NCBI GenBank assembly: GCA_010093605.1
Contig: MU004184.1
Coordinates: 64,179 to 128,178, forward strand
From: Lophium mytilinum
Lineage: Eukaryota
DNA length: 64,000 bases
Reading direction: 5' to 3'
The notes under the pieces were generated by a model. The model did no database searches, was not told the DNA's origin, and saw nothing but the letters and a program-made list of their open reading frames with translations. Positions 37,303-48,102 of the stretch are shown one piece after another (the first letter of the stretch is position 1; every line of letters starts with the position of its first letter). The position numbers and the translations under genes are program-made.

Positions 37303-38127
37303 ATGCCGCCCACAGGATCCCTCAAGCGCAAGCGCTCTTCCGCCTCCAATCTCCCCGTCAGCATGGAGCAAACCATCGTCACTGTCACCGTAGGCCCCAA
37401 CGGTACACCCTTCAATTTCCACCGCGGGCTCCTTTGTCGTTGCTCCGGATTCTTCAGGGGCGCCTTCAAAGGCAGCTTTAAAGAAGCCGGCGATCGCAGT
37501 GTTCACCTCGACGACGTATCCGTCCTCACCATGCAGCAATTCATGCAATGGATCTACAACAGCGCCTTTCTCACTGGTCCCGCTACCATCGCGTCATTTA
37601 ACGGCCCGTCGCATGAGCTTCTCACTCCTGACGAGATGCTCGACCTCTACGTCTTCGCGGACCGGTATGAGATTGTAACGCTGCGGAATGACATCGTCTA
37701 CGCCCTCCGCGTTGTAATGTACAACGTCCAGACTGGCAGCTATGGCAAAGACTTGCCTCTCGCGTTTGTCGAGCGTGCATATGAGAGACTGCCGCATACC
37801 TCGACGCTGTGTAAATGGCTGCGGTGGCATATGTCCGTGATGTGGGCTCCAGATCTGATGGACGAAGATGTGGAAAAATACGCATATCTACCGGCCAGTT
37901 TTTTGCTTGGAGTTGCGGTGCACTGCCGGATGCGGATTGAGTGGGCAGAGGATAAGGAGGTGTCTGCGCATGATGAGAGCCTGGTGGCGGTGGAGCAGTT
38001 CAGGTTGGGTTGCGAGTTCCATGAGCATGAGCAGGCGGGTGTTTGTCCAGGGAAAGGAGTGCCGGAATCCGATGTTTCGAAGCTGAATTTTACCTGGCTG
38101 ATGAAGTCGAAGTTGTCTTTACAGTGA
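37303..38127 (+). CDS. BTB/POZ domain protein (paralog 2)
   Basis: VTVTVGPNGTPFNFHRGLLCRCSGFFRGAFKGSFKEA, LYVFADRYEIVTLR and CEFHEH. Confidence 0.92.
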   Translation: MPPTGSLKRKRSSASNLPVSMEQTIVTVTVGPNGTPFNFHRGLLCRCSGFFRGAFKGSFKEAGDRSVHLDDVSVLTMQQFMQWIYNSAFLTGPATIASFNGPSHELLTPDEMLDLYVFADRYEIVTLRNDIVYALRVVMYNVQTGSYGKDLPLAFVERAYERLPHTSTLCKWLRWHMSVMWAPDLMDEDVEKYAYLPASFLLGVAVHCRMRIEWAEDKEVSAHDESLVAVEQFRLGCEFHEHEQAGVCPGKGVPESDVSKLNFTWLMKSKLSLQ

Positions 38128-38152
38128 AAGCATTTTCGCAGTTTGTTTATAG

Positions 38153-40027
38153 TCATACATAGTGCAGCAAATCTCTGTCCGCGAAAAACTCACCAAGAGC
38201 ATCCTGCGCCTCAGCCCGAGTTCTACGCCGCTCACTTTTCTTCATTACGTGGCGCTGCTTTTCGCTTCGGAAAGCCTTTAAGTTACGGTCCCAGGCAACT
38301 TGCGCTCGTGATATGCGTGCTGGAAACGGAATCCATTCCAATGGGCTGACAATCTCTTCTCCAATTTTCAGCTCGACTTCGGTCGCTTTCTTCAGTGTTT
38401 TATAGCGAAGTCTTCTCCACTCTTTGTTTCTCCCTTTGTGTACCTTCCAGAACGTGATTTCCTCGCGGCCGCAACTGTCTAAGCTTGAGACCGAGCTTGG
38501 GTGATCCGGATCTTGATTTATCGAGTCTGGTTGTACGGATTGTACGGGTAAGAGGTGCTTTGTACTATCTGTCTCTTCGTCTCCAGAAAAGCACGATCGT
38601 ATGCTTGCGTTGCTCGCGTAGCCCCAGACGCTTGACCTGGAGCTCTCTTGCGCTATCGAAACTCGAATACCTTCTTTGGACGCTAGATCCAGGCTTTCGG
38701 AGACTCTGGGCAGAGAAGCAATGTCCTTATGGCCCTTTGAAGCCTGTGAACCCGCTGGAGTGGGAAGTTCGCCGTGTCCCAGGAAACGAATTGGGTGTTG
38801 TTGCAATTCTTCCGCCTCTGAGCTTTCGATTGATACGGTATCACCACTGTATTCTAGACCTTGTCCGTCCAGGTTCAGGTCCGGCGGTGTATCAGGGACA
38901 TCTGGCTCCTCAGGATCAACCTCAGGCGATGCCCAGCGATGGTCAAGAAAAGAATACGCCATCAAGGTCTTGTTGTATACTGCATTAACTGCGTCACGTA
39001 CTCGATCCCACTCTGAGGTCTCCTCCTTTGAATCCATCAATAAGCCCGATACCATGTCGCACAAATGCAACATCTCGACTTCCATGTTCTTCTCCGGATT
39101 CGGGCAATTTTTCAATACAGTTGTACGGTCAGCCAGCACTTGAAGGGCATCATTTTCGCCAAGTCGAATGTCATTCACAGCCGATAGCCAGATATCTTTG
39201 GCAGCCTGATTTGCGATTGATTCCACATATTCATATTCTTCTTGAAATTCATTTTCGAGTTCATAGTCACAAAGAAGCTGGTATTCGACCATATGCCTAG
39301 GACGTTGTTCCCCAGTTATTGTGCAGCGCATACTATATGGCATCCTTGATGTCTTAATGCGTGTATAACGAGAAGAAAACCTCCTTTTCGTGTTCAGTCG
39401 AAGCTTTGTTGATGATGTCTGCGTTGAGTCTGGACATTGGACAACTGAATATCTGAGAACTGGACATCTAGTGGCTTTTTGGCAAGCGATGGAAAAGCCG
39501 CTAGGAATCGGTGCGTAGGTTTCGTGTTTGGGGATTTCTTGGTCTTGTAGAATGTGAAGGTCGTCGTAGGCGTCGTCCAGTAGAACGTGAAGGTTGTCGT
39601 AGGTGTCGTCCACTGTAGGAACACATACCGTGATACGTGCTTTTACTAAAGCGGACAGTTTACTTGCAGTCAGAATGTAGTCTTGGCGAAGCTCCGATAG
39701 AGATAACGAGGCAAAATTTTTATACAACATTTCTTTGATAGAACACAGGAATGTTTTTGGAAATCGATCTGAAATCATGTCGGATGATTCCTGATTGTGG
39801 TACCATGCTAGAGCATTTGCAGCGCCATGATCGTGGTGCCATAGTAAGGCATTTTCAGAGACAGGAGAACGTAGAGACTTCGTGCGTTTCCTTGATTCTT
39901 TCTTTCGCCGGTTTCTCGCTTGCTTTCTTGATTCTTTGTTTCTCTGGTTTCCTGCCCATTTTACGTCACGTTGCGTTTGAGTGAGTTGGGGATGATTACT
40001 GGTCCGTCGATCCTTGGTCGGTTCCAT
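38153..40027 (-). CDS. Hypothetical protein, divergent from the HET gene
   Basis: 624-aa ATG-initiated ORF with a basic N-terminus and an internal 11-aa duplication DDTYDNLHVLL/DDAYDDLHILQ. No family was recognised. Confidence 0.65.
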   Translation of the reverse strand: MEPTKDRRTSNHPQLTQTQRDVKWAGNQRNKESRKQARNRRKKESRKRTKSLRSPVSENALLWHHDHGAANALAWYHNQESSDMISDRFPKTFLCSIKEMLYKNFASLSLSELRQDYILTASKLSALVKARITVCVPTVDDTYDNLHVLLDDAYDDLHILQDQEIPKHETYAPIPSGFSIACQKATRCPVLRYSVVQCPDSTQTSSTKLRLNTKRRFSSRYTRIKTSRMPYSMRCTITGEQRPRHMVEYQLLCDYELENEFQEEYEYVESIANQAAKDIWLSAVNDIRLGENDALQVLADRTTVLKNCPNPEKNMEVEMLHLCDMVSGLLMDSKEETSEWDRVRDAVNAVYNKTLMAYSFLDHRWASPEVDPEEPDVPDTPPDLNLDGQGLEYSGDTVSIESSEAEELQQHPIRFLGHGELPTPAGSQASKGHKDIASLPRVSESLDLASKEGIRVSIAQESSRSSVWGYASNASIRSCFSGDEETDSTKHLLPVQSVQPDSINQDPDHPSSVSSLDSCGREEITFWKVHKGRNKEWRRLRYKTLKKATEVELKIGEEIVSPLEWIPFPARISRAQVAWDRNLKAFRSEKQRHVMKKSERRRTRAEAQDALGEFFADRDLLHYV

Positions 40028-40437
40028 GATAAATCAGAGATCTGAGAAGACCAGATTAAGGGTGGCATATAACACAAGATGTTTAACAAGTCAAATGGAA
40101 TAATCTTGGAAGACGTGTGCGGGGCTTGCAGTCGAAAGAAGACATTACCTACCGCATTAGATTTTCAGCCTTGCACAGCCCAATTCTAAGGCTGTGTAGA
40201 CCGGTGAAGCTTGGTGGGCTGTGAGACGCCACAGAAACCTTCGGTTTGCAGCTGCCTTGCAACCAGGCCGTGCCTTGGTCGGAAAGCACATAACCATCAC
40301 GTCGCAGCCAGAGCGAGAAAGGTGGTAGTCATGAGAGTTGTTGCTTGGCCCTTTTCCGAGCGGCCCGGTGTTAGAATATCGTGTCTCCATCGCGCGACAA
40401 ATAGCTGGAGCGCTTCTTGAATCCGTCTCAGACGATC

Positions 40438-42652
40438 ATGTCGCTTTTGCAGTACCCATTGTCAAAGGGCGGAGATGCTCGGCTGTTCCTAGAAACTGTA
40501 AGACTGGCATATGCGCGTTTTGTGTAACCCCGTTGCGTTGTAGCCGAGGGTATGCTAACTCGCAAGGACGCAGAAGCGAAGCCAAGATGCCGCCGAACCC
40601 ATCCTGCGAAGCAAACAGCGATTGTGTGTAGCATGTCTGCAGTGGAGTTTGGGTGGTTTTCACCTCCGCGGCTCTCTTAGGCGCTGTGTAGTGGTGGATC
40701 AGTTGAGCATCACGAACATCACCGACCGACAATCCCAATGTTCGCTATGCACCTTATTTGCATCTGCACTTTCAAACAACGCCCAAACAAGCTTCTGGCC
40801 ATACCAAAAAGCGATGCTCGTCCGGGTGCCTAGTTCAATAATTTTCCCCTTAGGCATCAATGGGACGACGGCTATATCTGAATCTCTTGTCTGTGTCTGG
40901 ACGATTAGAAGAGAGGGTACCGGGGTCCAACTGCCCGCTGCATGGGAGAAAGGATGCATCGCAGAAGCTTCTCACGCTCCGACAACCAGCATCCCCAAGA
41001 CTGTTTCAATTCGCAAACTGAAGAGCCGAGGACTAGACTATGACATCTTCAAATCATGGATCCAGTATTGCAAAGACCACCACCGGTTCAATTGCCAAGA
41101 AAGTATCGGAGAGACATTGCCACGGATGAGGTTAATTGACTGTCTGGCATGTCCTCCGAGCCTAGTTCATGGTCGAGAAGCACAAAGCTACTTCGCGTTG
41201 AGTTACGTGTGGGGAAACTGCGTTGACACAAGCATCCGCTGCCCCTTCCCACGTCTCCCGGAAATACTTCCACGGGTGGTCGAGGATGCCATCGTAGTGA
41301 CTAGGAACATGGGCGGACGTTACTTATGGGTAGACCGCTACTGTATCCCTGACAGCAAAAAGATCAAACACGAACAAATAAGCAAGATGGACATTATATA
41401 TGCGGGCGCTGAGTTAACGATCTTCGCTGTGGCTGGCAAGGACGCTTCGTATGGGTTGCCTGGTGTTGGAAAGACTACACGGCGACCACAGCCATCAATA
41501 AGCATAGGTGGGAAGACATATGTCTCCACCCTAGGGGAGCCCACGGGTCAGATCCGGCACTCACAGTTTTGGGACCGTGCTTGGTGTTTCCAGGAACTCA
41601 TGCTCTCACGGAGACGCCTCATATTCACCGATGAGCAGGTATACTTCCAATGTAACAGCATGCACTGCCTTGAGATCCTATGGCAGCCGCTGGACCAGGT
41701 TCATCTGAAGGATCGCAGCATGATGCTGCCGGAGTTATTAACATTGGCTCTTTTTCCAGAGGGGGTGGTGGGTAAGAAAGCGGTCGACATCTATGAAGTG
41801 ATCGCGACATACTCGGCGAAGAACCTGTCATTTGAGGAAGATGGGCTCAAGGCCATTCTTGGCATATTTCGTATGTTCACGAAAAACTGCTCCGACACAT
41901 CCTTTCATCACTACACCGGAATACCAATGCTTGGTTCGACTTCCAAAAGCGATTTTCTACGCGGACTACTCTGGTATCCATCTGGACCTTTGAGAAGAAG
42001 GGTGAAAGGAAATTTTCCAAGCTGGTCTTGGATTGGCTTTGTTGGCCCAATTGCCTATCGTCGGTCTACGAATAATGATGATCAGGTTGACGAGAGAATT
42101 GAACTCCGTATAGGTCTGCGCGACAAGAAAGACAACAAAACGATGGATTGGCAGACATTTGTCGATTCCGGAAGGCTTGAAAGACTGCATCCTTTGCCGG
42201 GTCACATACATCTATACGCCAAAACGGCGATAGTTAAAGTCGTCTTCGCAGAGTATCGCGGGAAGCCGCAATATTGGGTTCGAATAGAAAGGTTCTCTGG
42301 GGACAGTTTTTGCTGCTCGAGTCTTACTTTGAACTGGGAAATGTTGCCATCTGGACGGCTTCCGCCTGATGTTCACAAGAAAATATTGAGCAGACCACTT
42401 AAATGTGTCCTGTTAAGGACAAACGACTCGTGGACAATATCTCCACTCAGGAAGAAGTCGCATTATTGCAGTAAAGCAATACTATTGTGGGTGAGAAATG
42501 GAGTTCGTGAGCGGATAGGGATTTTCCATGCCCAGCCTACGGACGCAGTGATTGGGACAGACGGAAAGATAACTCAAGATACCACGTACGCAGTTAAAAG
42601 AGGATGGGAGTTTTGTTCAAAGGCTGAATATGAGTGGATTCGATTAGATTAG
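40438..42652 (+). CDS. HET-domain (heterokaryon incompatibility, TIR-like) protein; exons 40438-40497, 40574-42652
   Basis: YFALSYVWG, DAIVVT...YLWVDRYCI, QISKMDIIYAGAELTI, WDRAWCFQE and FPSWSW. A gtaaga...gctaac...cag intron supplies the ATG exon. Confidence 0.93.
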
Positions 42653-43282
42653 TAGACTCGTCATACCCAGCAGATTCACCGTCTCCTTTAGATTCGCCGT
42701 ATTCGCCATCTTCGTCGAAATCCTCTTCGGCAGACTCGCCTTCGGCAAAGTCGCCTTCGGCAGACCTGTCATCTTGCAGCTGACTCAACATCTTCCTCGG
42801 ATTTACCATCTTCTTCGGATTTTCCATCTTCGTCCTCTTCCGACTCGAAAATTTCACGCAAGAGCCCAAAGTCAATCTGCTGCGTCATCGTCTCCGGCAG
42901 GTTCACATATTGCCGTTCCCCAGCGGCTTGGTTATACACAGTCGCTGTTTCGGGACTCGCATGTAGCGACGCGGACCATTGGCGGCGAACCACAGAGTTC
43001 CGTAAGTTTGCCTCGAGGATTTGGCTTCTGAACTTGCGGACGGGTGCCAGACGAGGACGAGCGGAAGAGCGTCGTGTTGAGGCATATGATAGGCGGCTGT
43101 TGGACATTAAGGAGACCTTTTCGAGCTGCCATTCCCATGAGCAAGATATCAGCCTTGTTAAAGAGATGGAACAGCGAGTGCATTTGGCGGCGCTTAGTTC
43201 GGCGAAGATTCGTGACTCGCATCAAAGTAGCCTCGGCCCTGGACATCCATCTCTGTACCACCAAGCACTTCTTCCTAGGGTA

Positions 43283-44373
43283 TCATTGTCCTCCTGAATG
43301 CATCGTATAATAAACCTGCAAGCCCCCCTCGACGCACTGCACCAGCCCAAAAAAGAGCGTCAGCACCAGCACTAGTATCGCCACCCAGAAGGTATACCAC
43401 TGCACCCCATTCCGTCGATCGCACCACCACTGTGCCAGTGTTCGCGGCCGCGCCTCGTCGAAGACTTGCTTGAGAATCACGAGGCGGTCGTGCCAGAAAG
43501 TGAATTTCGAGACCTGCCGGTCGTCGGTCTTGAGATGGCCGCAGCGGGCTAGGTTGGGATCAAGGTTGTGCAATGCAGAGACTTTAGACGACCATTTGCG
43601 TGTTTGTGCATCGTTTTGGGGAAAGAAGAGGGCGAGGGTGTGGAGGGTTTCGTAGATTAGGTTCGGTGGGAAGAGGGGGCTGTAAGAGCTGGTTAGCTTT
43701 GAAGCATGCAAGGTAGATGGTGCAGGACTCACTTGTGGAGTTGCAGCTCCAGGAATGATGCGTGGTGAAATATGGTCACTTTCGTATCATCGTCGGTCAT
43801 CCGGAGGTGGTCTGCGAGGTTGTTGGTCCAGACGATCTCGATACCTGCGATTCGGCGTAGATTGCGACCGTTGAAAATCTTCTCTAGCTTGACGCCTTCA
43901 TGCGTGTGGGCGGGAGGACTGCTGAAATGTGAATAGACGAAATCTTTGAGAGTTCCCTTGTCCCAGTTGAACTGTGAGCGTCCCGAGAAGCCATATTGAA
44001 GAATGCCGAAGTCGAGCATTAGGAGCAGTCGAGCCGCGAGGTCAATGGAGCTATCGAGAAGCCCGTCCTCGTTAAAAACGGTAGGCTTTGGGAGACTTTG
44101 CCTCAAGGAGTCTCGTAGTGTCTCCCGTGGGAGGGCGCCTTTGAGTTGCTGGGCAATCTCAAGGACGTGGTGATGGGTGCGGGCGGAAATGTGCCTGCCT
44201 CCATCGTGCAAGGCGTGGCTGCATTCTTCGGCATAGTACTTCCAGTATGCTCGAAGGTCGATGCCGTATGTATTTAGGTACTGCTGGACGGTATGGCTGC
44301 CCCAAAGATGGCGGGTGATGAGGGCTTTGGTCTCTGGGGAGAGGTTGAGGAGGGCGCTGTCGAGGGTTGACAT
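43283..44373 (-). CDS. Uncharacterised fungal protein with a C-terminal transmembrane helix (~345 aa); exons 44373-43733, 43679-43283
   Basis: A 53-nt intron joins two ORFs. Motifs: IAGIEIVWTNNLADHL, IFHHASFL, ETLHTLALFFP, FWHDRLVIL, WWCDRRNGVQWYTFWVAILVLVLTLFFGLVQ. Confidence 0.88.
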
Positions 44374-44771
44374 GGTGGTGCGGCTTCCGAAAGCTCTCTA
44401 CTTACCTAACACGGAGCTCCAACACCATACCCCACAAATTGTATAGACTTCGACCATGAGACTTCTTGAGGCATCGTTCTGTCCGCTTCCATATTTCTGC
44501 CCTACAACTCCACCATCCGAGTGCCAAGGTTGCTCCGCCTCGAGAAAGAAGGCAACTGCATTCGCGTCCTCCACCAAGTTTCTGCGGGGACGCGTCACGA
44601 TGGCTGAGCAGCGTCGCCCGCATAACCCAATGGGCGGCAATCTGGAAGGTGGCTGCTCCAAGGACGCAATCATTAAACTAGGTAGCTGTGTCATACTTCC
44701 CTTAATGTCTGCACTTGCCCATTATCTTCTTTTTCCTCCTCCTCTGTTCCTGGCAGCTGCCATGCCTAGAC

Positions 44772-47700
44772 ATGGACACTTTCGCAAGAATACGTCGCAG
44801 CAAAGCAAGTAAGCCTTGGGCGGAGCCAAACCTGTCCATCGGTAAGTACATAGGAGAAATTGGAAGAAACATCTGTTGGGAAGCTACTGGGCCGGCGAGG
44901 GAGGCCTTTGTCAAGCTAGGGCCCGATATCAAGTCTTGTTTGGACAAACGGAGCGAACCTCTATCCAGCTGGGTCACATACTCGGTGTACATGATTGGCA
45001 GCTCCCCAAAGACCGCATCTCCAACCATTATTTTCTGTTCCAGCGATTCCAGCCTGCGTCGTGAGATCCGAAAGATCGTCAAAGAAAGTGGCCTTCTCAG
45101 CATTTACCCCGGCTTGCGGACTGGAGATATGGCAAGAGCACCTGACTTGGACCAGCTTGTTCAACTGGCTACGCATGAAACAGGGTCAGTTGATGATGAG
45201 TCTTTCTCTGAGACTAGCGTGGCGAATCTACCAACGATCCACGCCAGACCATCTGACAGCGCTCCCGGTACGCAAATCTACATACATAGTTCCACTGAAG
45301 AAACGGACGCCCCCCGAAAGGCCACTATCGGAGGCGTGGTGGAATTTGCAGGCAAATACTACTATTTGACGGCTGGACATGCTTTCGAGCATCATCACGA
45401 CCCTTTCACATCTCAACGAACGAATGGTGATGATTACGAACTTGACGTGGACGACGAAAGTGACCTCGATGACGAATCTTTCGGGATAGAGGACGTCGAA
45501 GCCACCAGCAGAGGGAGTCTTACCCCAGAGTACGCCAGTTCCGAAGCTGAGTACTCATCCTGCGACGAGCATTCCTACCCATCAAGTAGTCGACCAGAAA
45601 GCCTCAAAGAGTGGAGTATTCCTGACCTGGAGCTGGATATCGCGGCTCGGAGCGAGACCTTGGTAGGACTTGTATCTCGTGCGGCCGACCGTCCTGTAAT
45701 GCCAAACCCCTCTTCTCTCGTTAATGTAGGAAGGCTCGCCATGACATCATTCGACTCACGGGATGATAGCTTGGACTATGCCCTCGTCGAGATTACATCT
45801 GGTACGCTTTCGAATGAACTACATATTCCCGGAGTATCAGGGCATCGGTCTCTTGTCCCACGACGAGTTCAACGCACTAGCTCTGTCGATGTCTCCATAT
45901 TCGCTGCCACCGGGTCTAGAGGTCTCATTGCTGGCCGGCTATCAGGAACGCCGTCATTCATGCGTCTACCTGATAGCATAGCATGTCAAGAAGTCTACAC
46001 AATACGACTGGATGGCCCTCTTGCGAATGGCGATTGCGGATCCTGGGTCATGGATGCGGACAGCGGAGATCTCTATGGACATGTCGTTGCCGGCTCTCCA
46101 AACACAGGGGTTGCATACGTTATCCCTTCCCATCAGGTTTTTGATAGAGTTGGGAAACGACTCGGCGGCGCTTTGAAGTTTCCCTCGTCGACCAAGTTAG
46201 CACTACCGTCTTCGACGCAACAACCTAGGCCTACGGAATCACCGAATGTTGGAAATAAAACCAACCAAGCAACGGCTCAACGGCTTTCCCTGACGGCGCC
46301 GAAACTCCTTCTAAGTCAAACAGCACATGGCGCACTAAACTACCAGCACTCTTCTACACCGTCGGCTCTATCAGACAACGATCAGCTAGCTAAAGACTTG
46401 ACTAAGAAGTTTCGGACCGTTCTCAGCACTAGGAGAATGGACCAGCTGACAGCCCGTACAGCGGCATCAAAGATAGAGTCCCCCCCACTTCCATCAGCCT
46501 CCTCCCAGTCGATGGAATCTCCGCCACCATATTCAAGTCTACACGATGCTCCCCCGATACCGCCACCTCCCCCATCATACTCAAGTCTCCGCAACATTCC
46601 CTTGGTACCGCAGCCTCCGCAAGATGCCCAATCACTTCAGTTCAGAAAGATGTTACGTTCCTTATCTGAGCTGCCCCTCTGCTGGGAAAACCCCGGCCTG
46701 CTGGATGAAGCCTTACAAGTCTTGCCGTTGGAGCAGATCTACAACGAAGCAGAAGAAGAGAGCCAGACATTTCAAGCCGAAACCGAATCTTTGGGATCCG
46801 GCAAAAAGGCACGATATGGTTACCAAGACTGCGTGGTTCGCGCCCTACTGCGCTGGTTCAAGCGATCATTCTTCACGTGGGTCAACAACCCAGTGTGCTC
46901 AAGATGCAGCGATCCTACCGTCAGTGTAGGAATGGCTGACCCCACTCCCGAGGAATGGGCCCTATCCGCCAAAATTGTTGAGCTCTACAAATGCTCCACA
47001 TGTGACAATTTCGAAAGGTTTCCACGTTATGAGAACGCCTTCGCTCTTTTGCGAACCAGACGTGGACACTGCGGAGAGTGGACAAACTGTTTTGGCATGC
47101 TTTGTCGAGCCTTAGGATCACGGGTCCGCTGGGTATGGAACGCAGAAGACCACGTGTGGACTGAAACCTATTCATATCACAGGAAGAGGTGGATACACGT
47201 CGATGTCTGCGAGGAGGCTTGGGATAAGCCCAGGCTTTACACTGAAGGTAAGCATGACCAGTTCGACTTCACTGACATGCAGCTTCTGAATACACGATCT
47301 GAGACTGATTTCTCGACAGGTTGGGGAAGAAAGCTTAGTTACTGCATCGCCTTCTCGAGCGACGGCGCGACCGATGTCACTCGCCGCTATGTCCGCGACT
47401 TTTCCCGCTACGGCACTGAACGAGCCAGGGCACCCGAAAGCTGCCTCTTGTACATTCTGGACGAGATCAACAGCATGCGCCGCGGAAAAGGCTCTCCCCA
47501 GGACCGATTCAAGCTCCAGGGTGAGGATATGAGGGAGGGACGCGAACTTCGCCACTATACCATCATTGCAATCGTGTACCGCTTGTCACAGCTGACAGAA
47601 TTCGATTTTACACACCCAGCGCCTGCCTCGAGGAGGCAAATCGAGGAAGAGACTGCCGATGAACGAAAAGAGCGGGATGAAAGTAAGTCTTTGCACTTTT

Positions 47701-47826
47701 CATGAACGGCCTGGTTTTCCATCCTAACGCAATGTAGATTTCCATCGATGGCTTACGGCAAGATACGATGCCAGTGGAACGCAAGAGTCGCAAGAACGAT
47801 TTGACCCGAATCGCGATGTGAGCTGA
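44772..47826 (+). CDS. Fusion protein: N-terminal domain + trypsin-fold (PA clan) protease with Cys nucleophile + full Png1/peptide:N-glycanase transglutaminase domain; exons 44772-47247, 47320-47682, 47738-47826
   Basis: Protease motifs LTAGH, DYALV and GDCGSWV. Png1 motifs WENPGLLDEAL, LLRWFKRSFFTWVN, CSRC/CSTC, RGHCGEW, EDHVW, HVD and GWGRKLSY (after removing a 72-nt in-frame intron). Confidence 0.9.
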
Positions 47827-48102
47827 GATTAGTTGGAAGAAGTCTTGCAATAGTGAGGAGGCAGTTTAGTAGGCATAATCTTCACTGCAGCACGGTACAC
47901 TACCGATGGTACTTCATCAATTACATCCCCGAGCCAGCTCATATCCTTCTCCTTCACCAGCATATTCTATTATCCAATACAGGCATCGACAAAGTCTCCG
48001 GGCATCCCGAGTTGCCGCCAGTCCATGATCCGATCTTGAAATCAGATGCTCTTCCGGAAGCCCAAGACACTGCTAACGTAGCCGTTGTTCTGTGTGAGAT
48101 AG

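Noticed and set aside
42655..43270. Acidic minus-strand ORF pieces between the HET and membrane-protein genes
   Set aside because: They are split across frames with no convincing splice model. A gene remnant is possible but not supportable.
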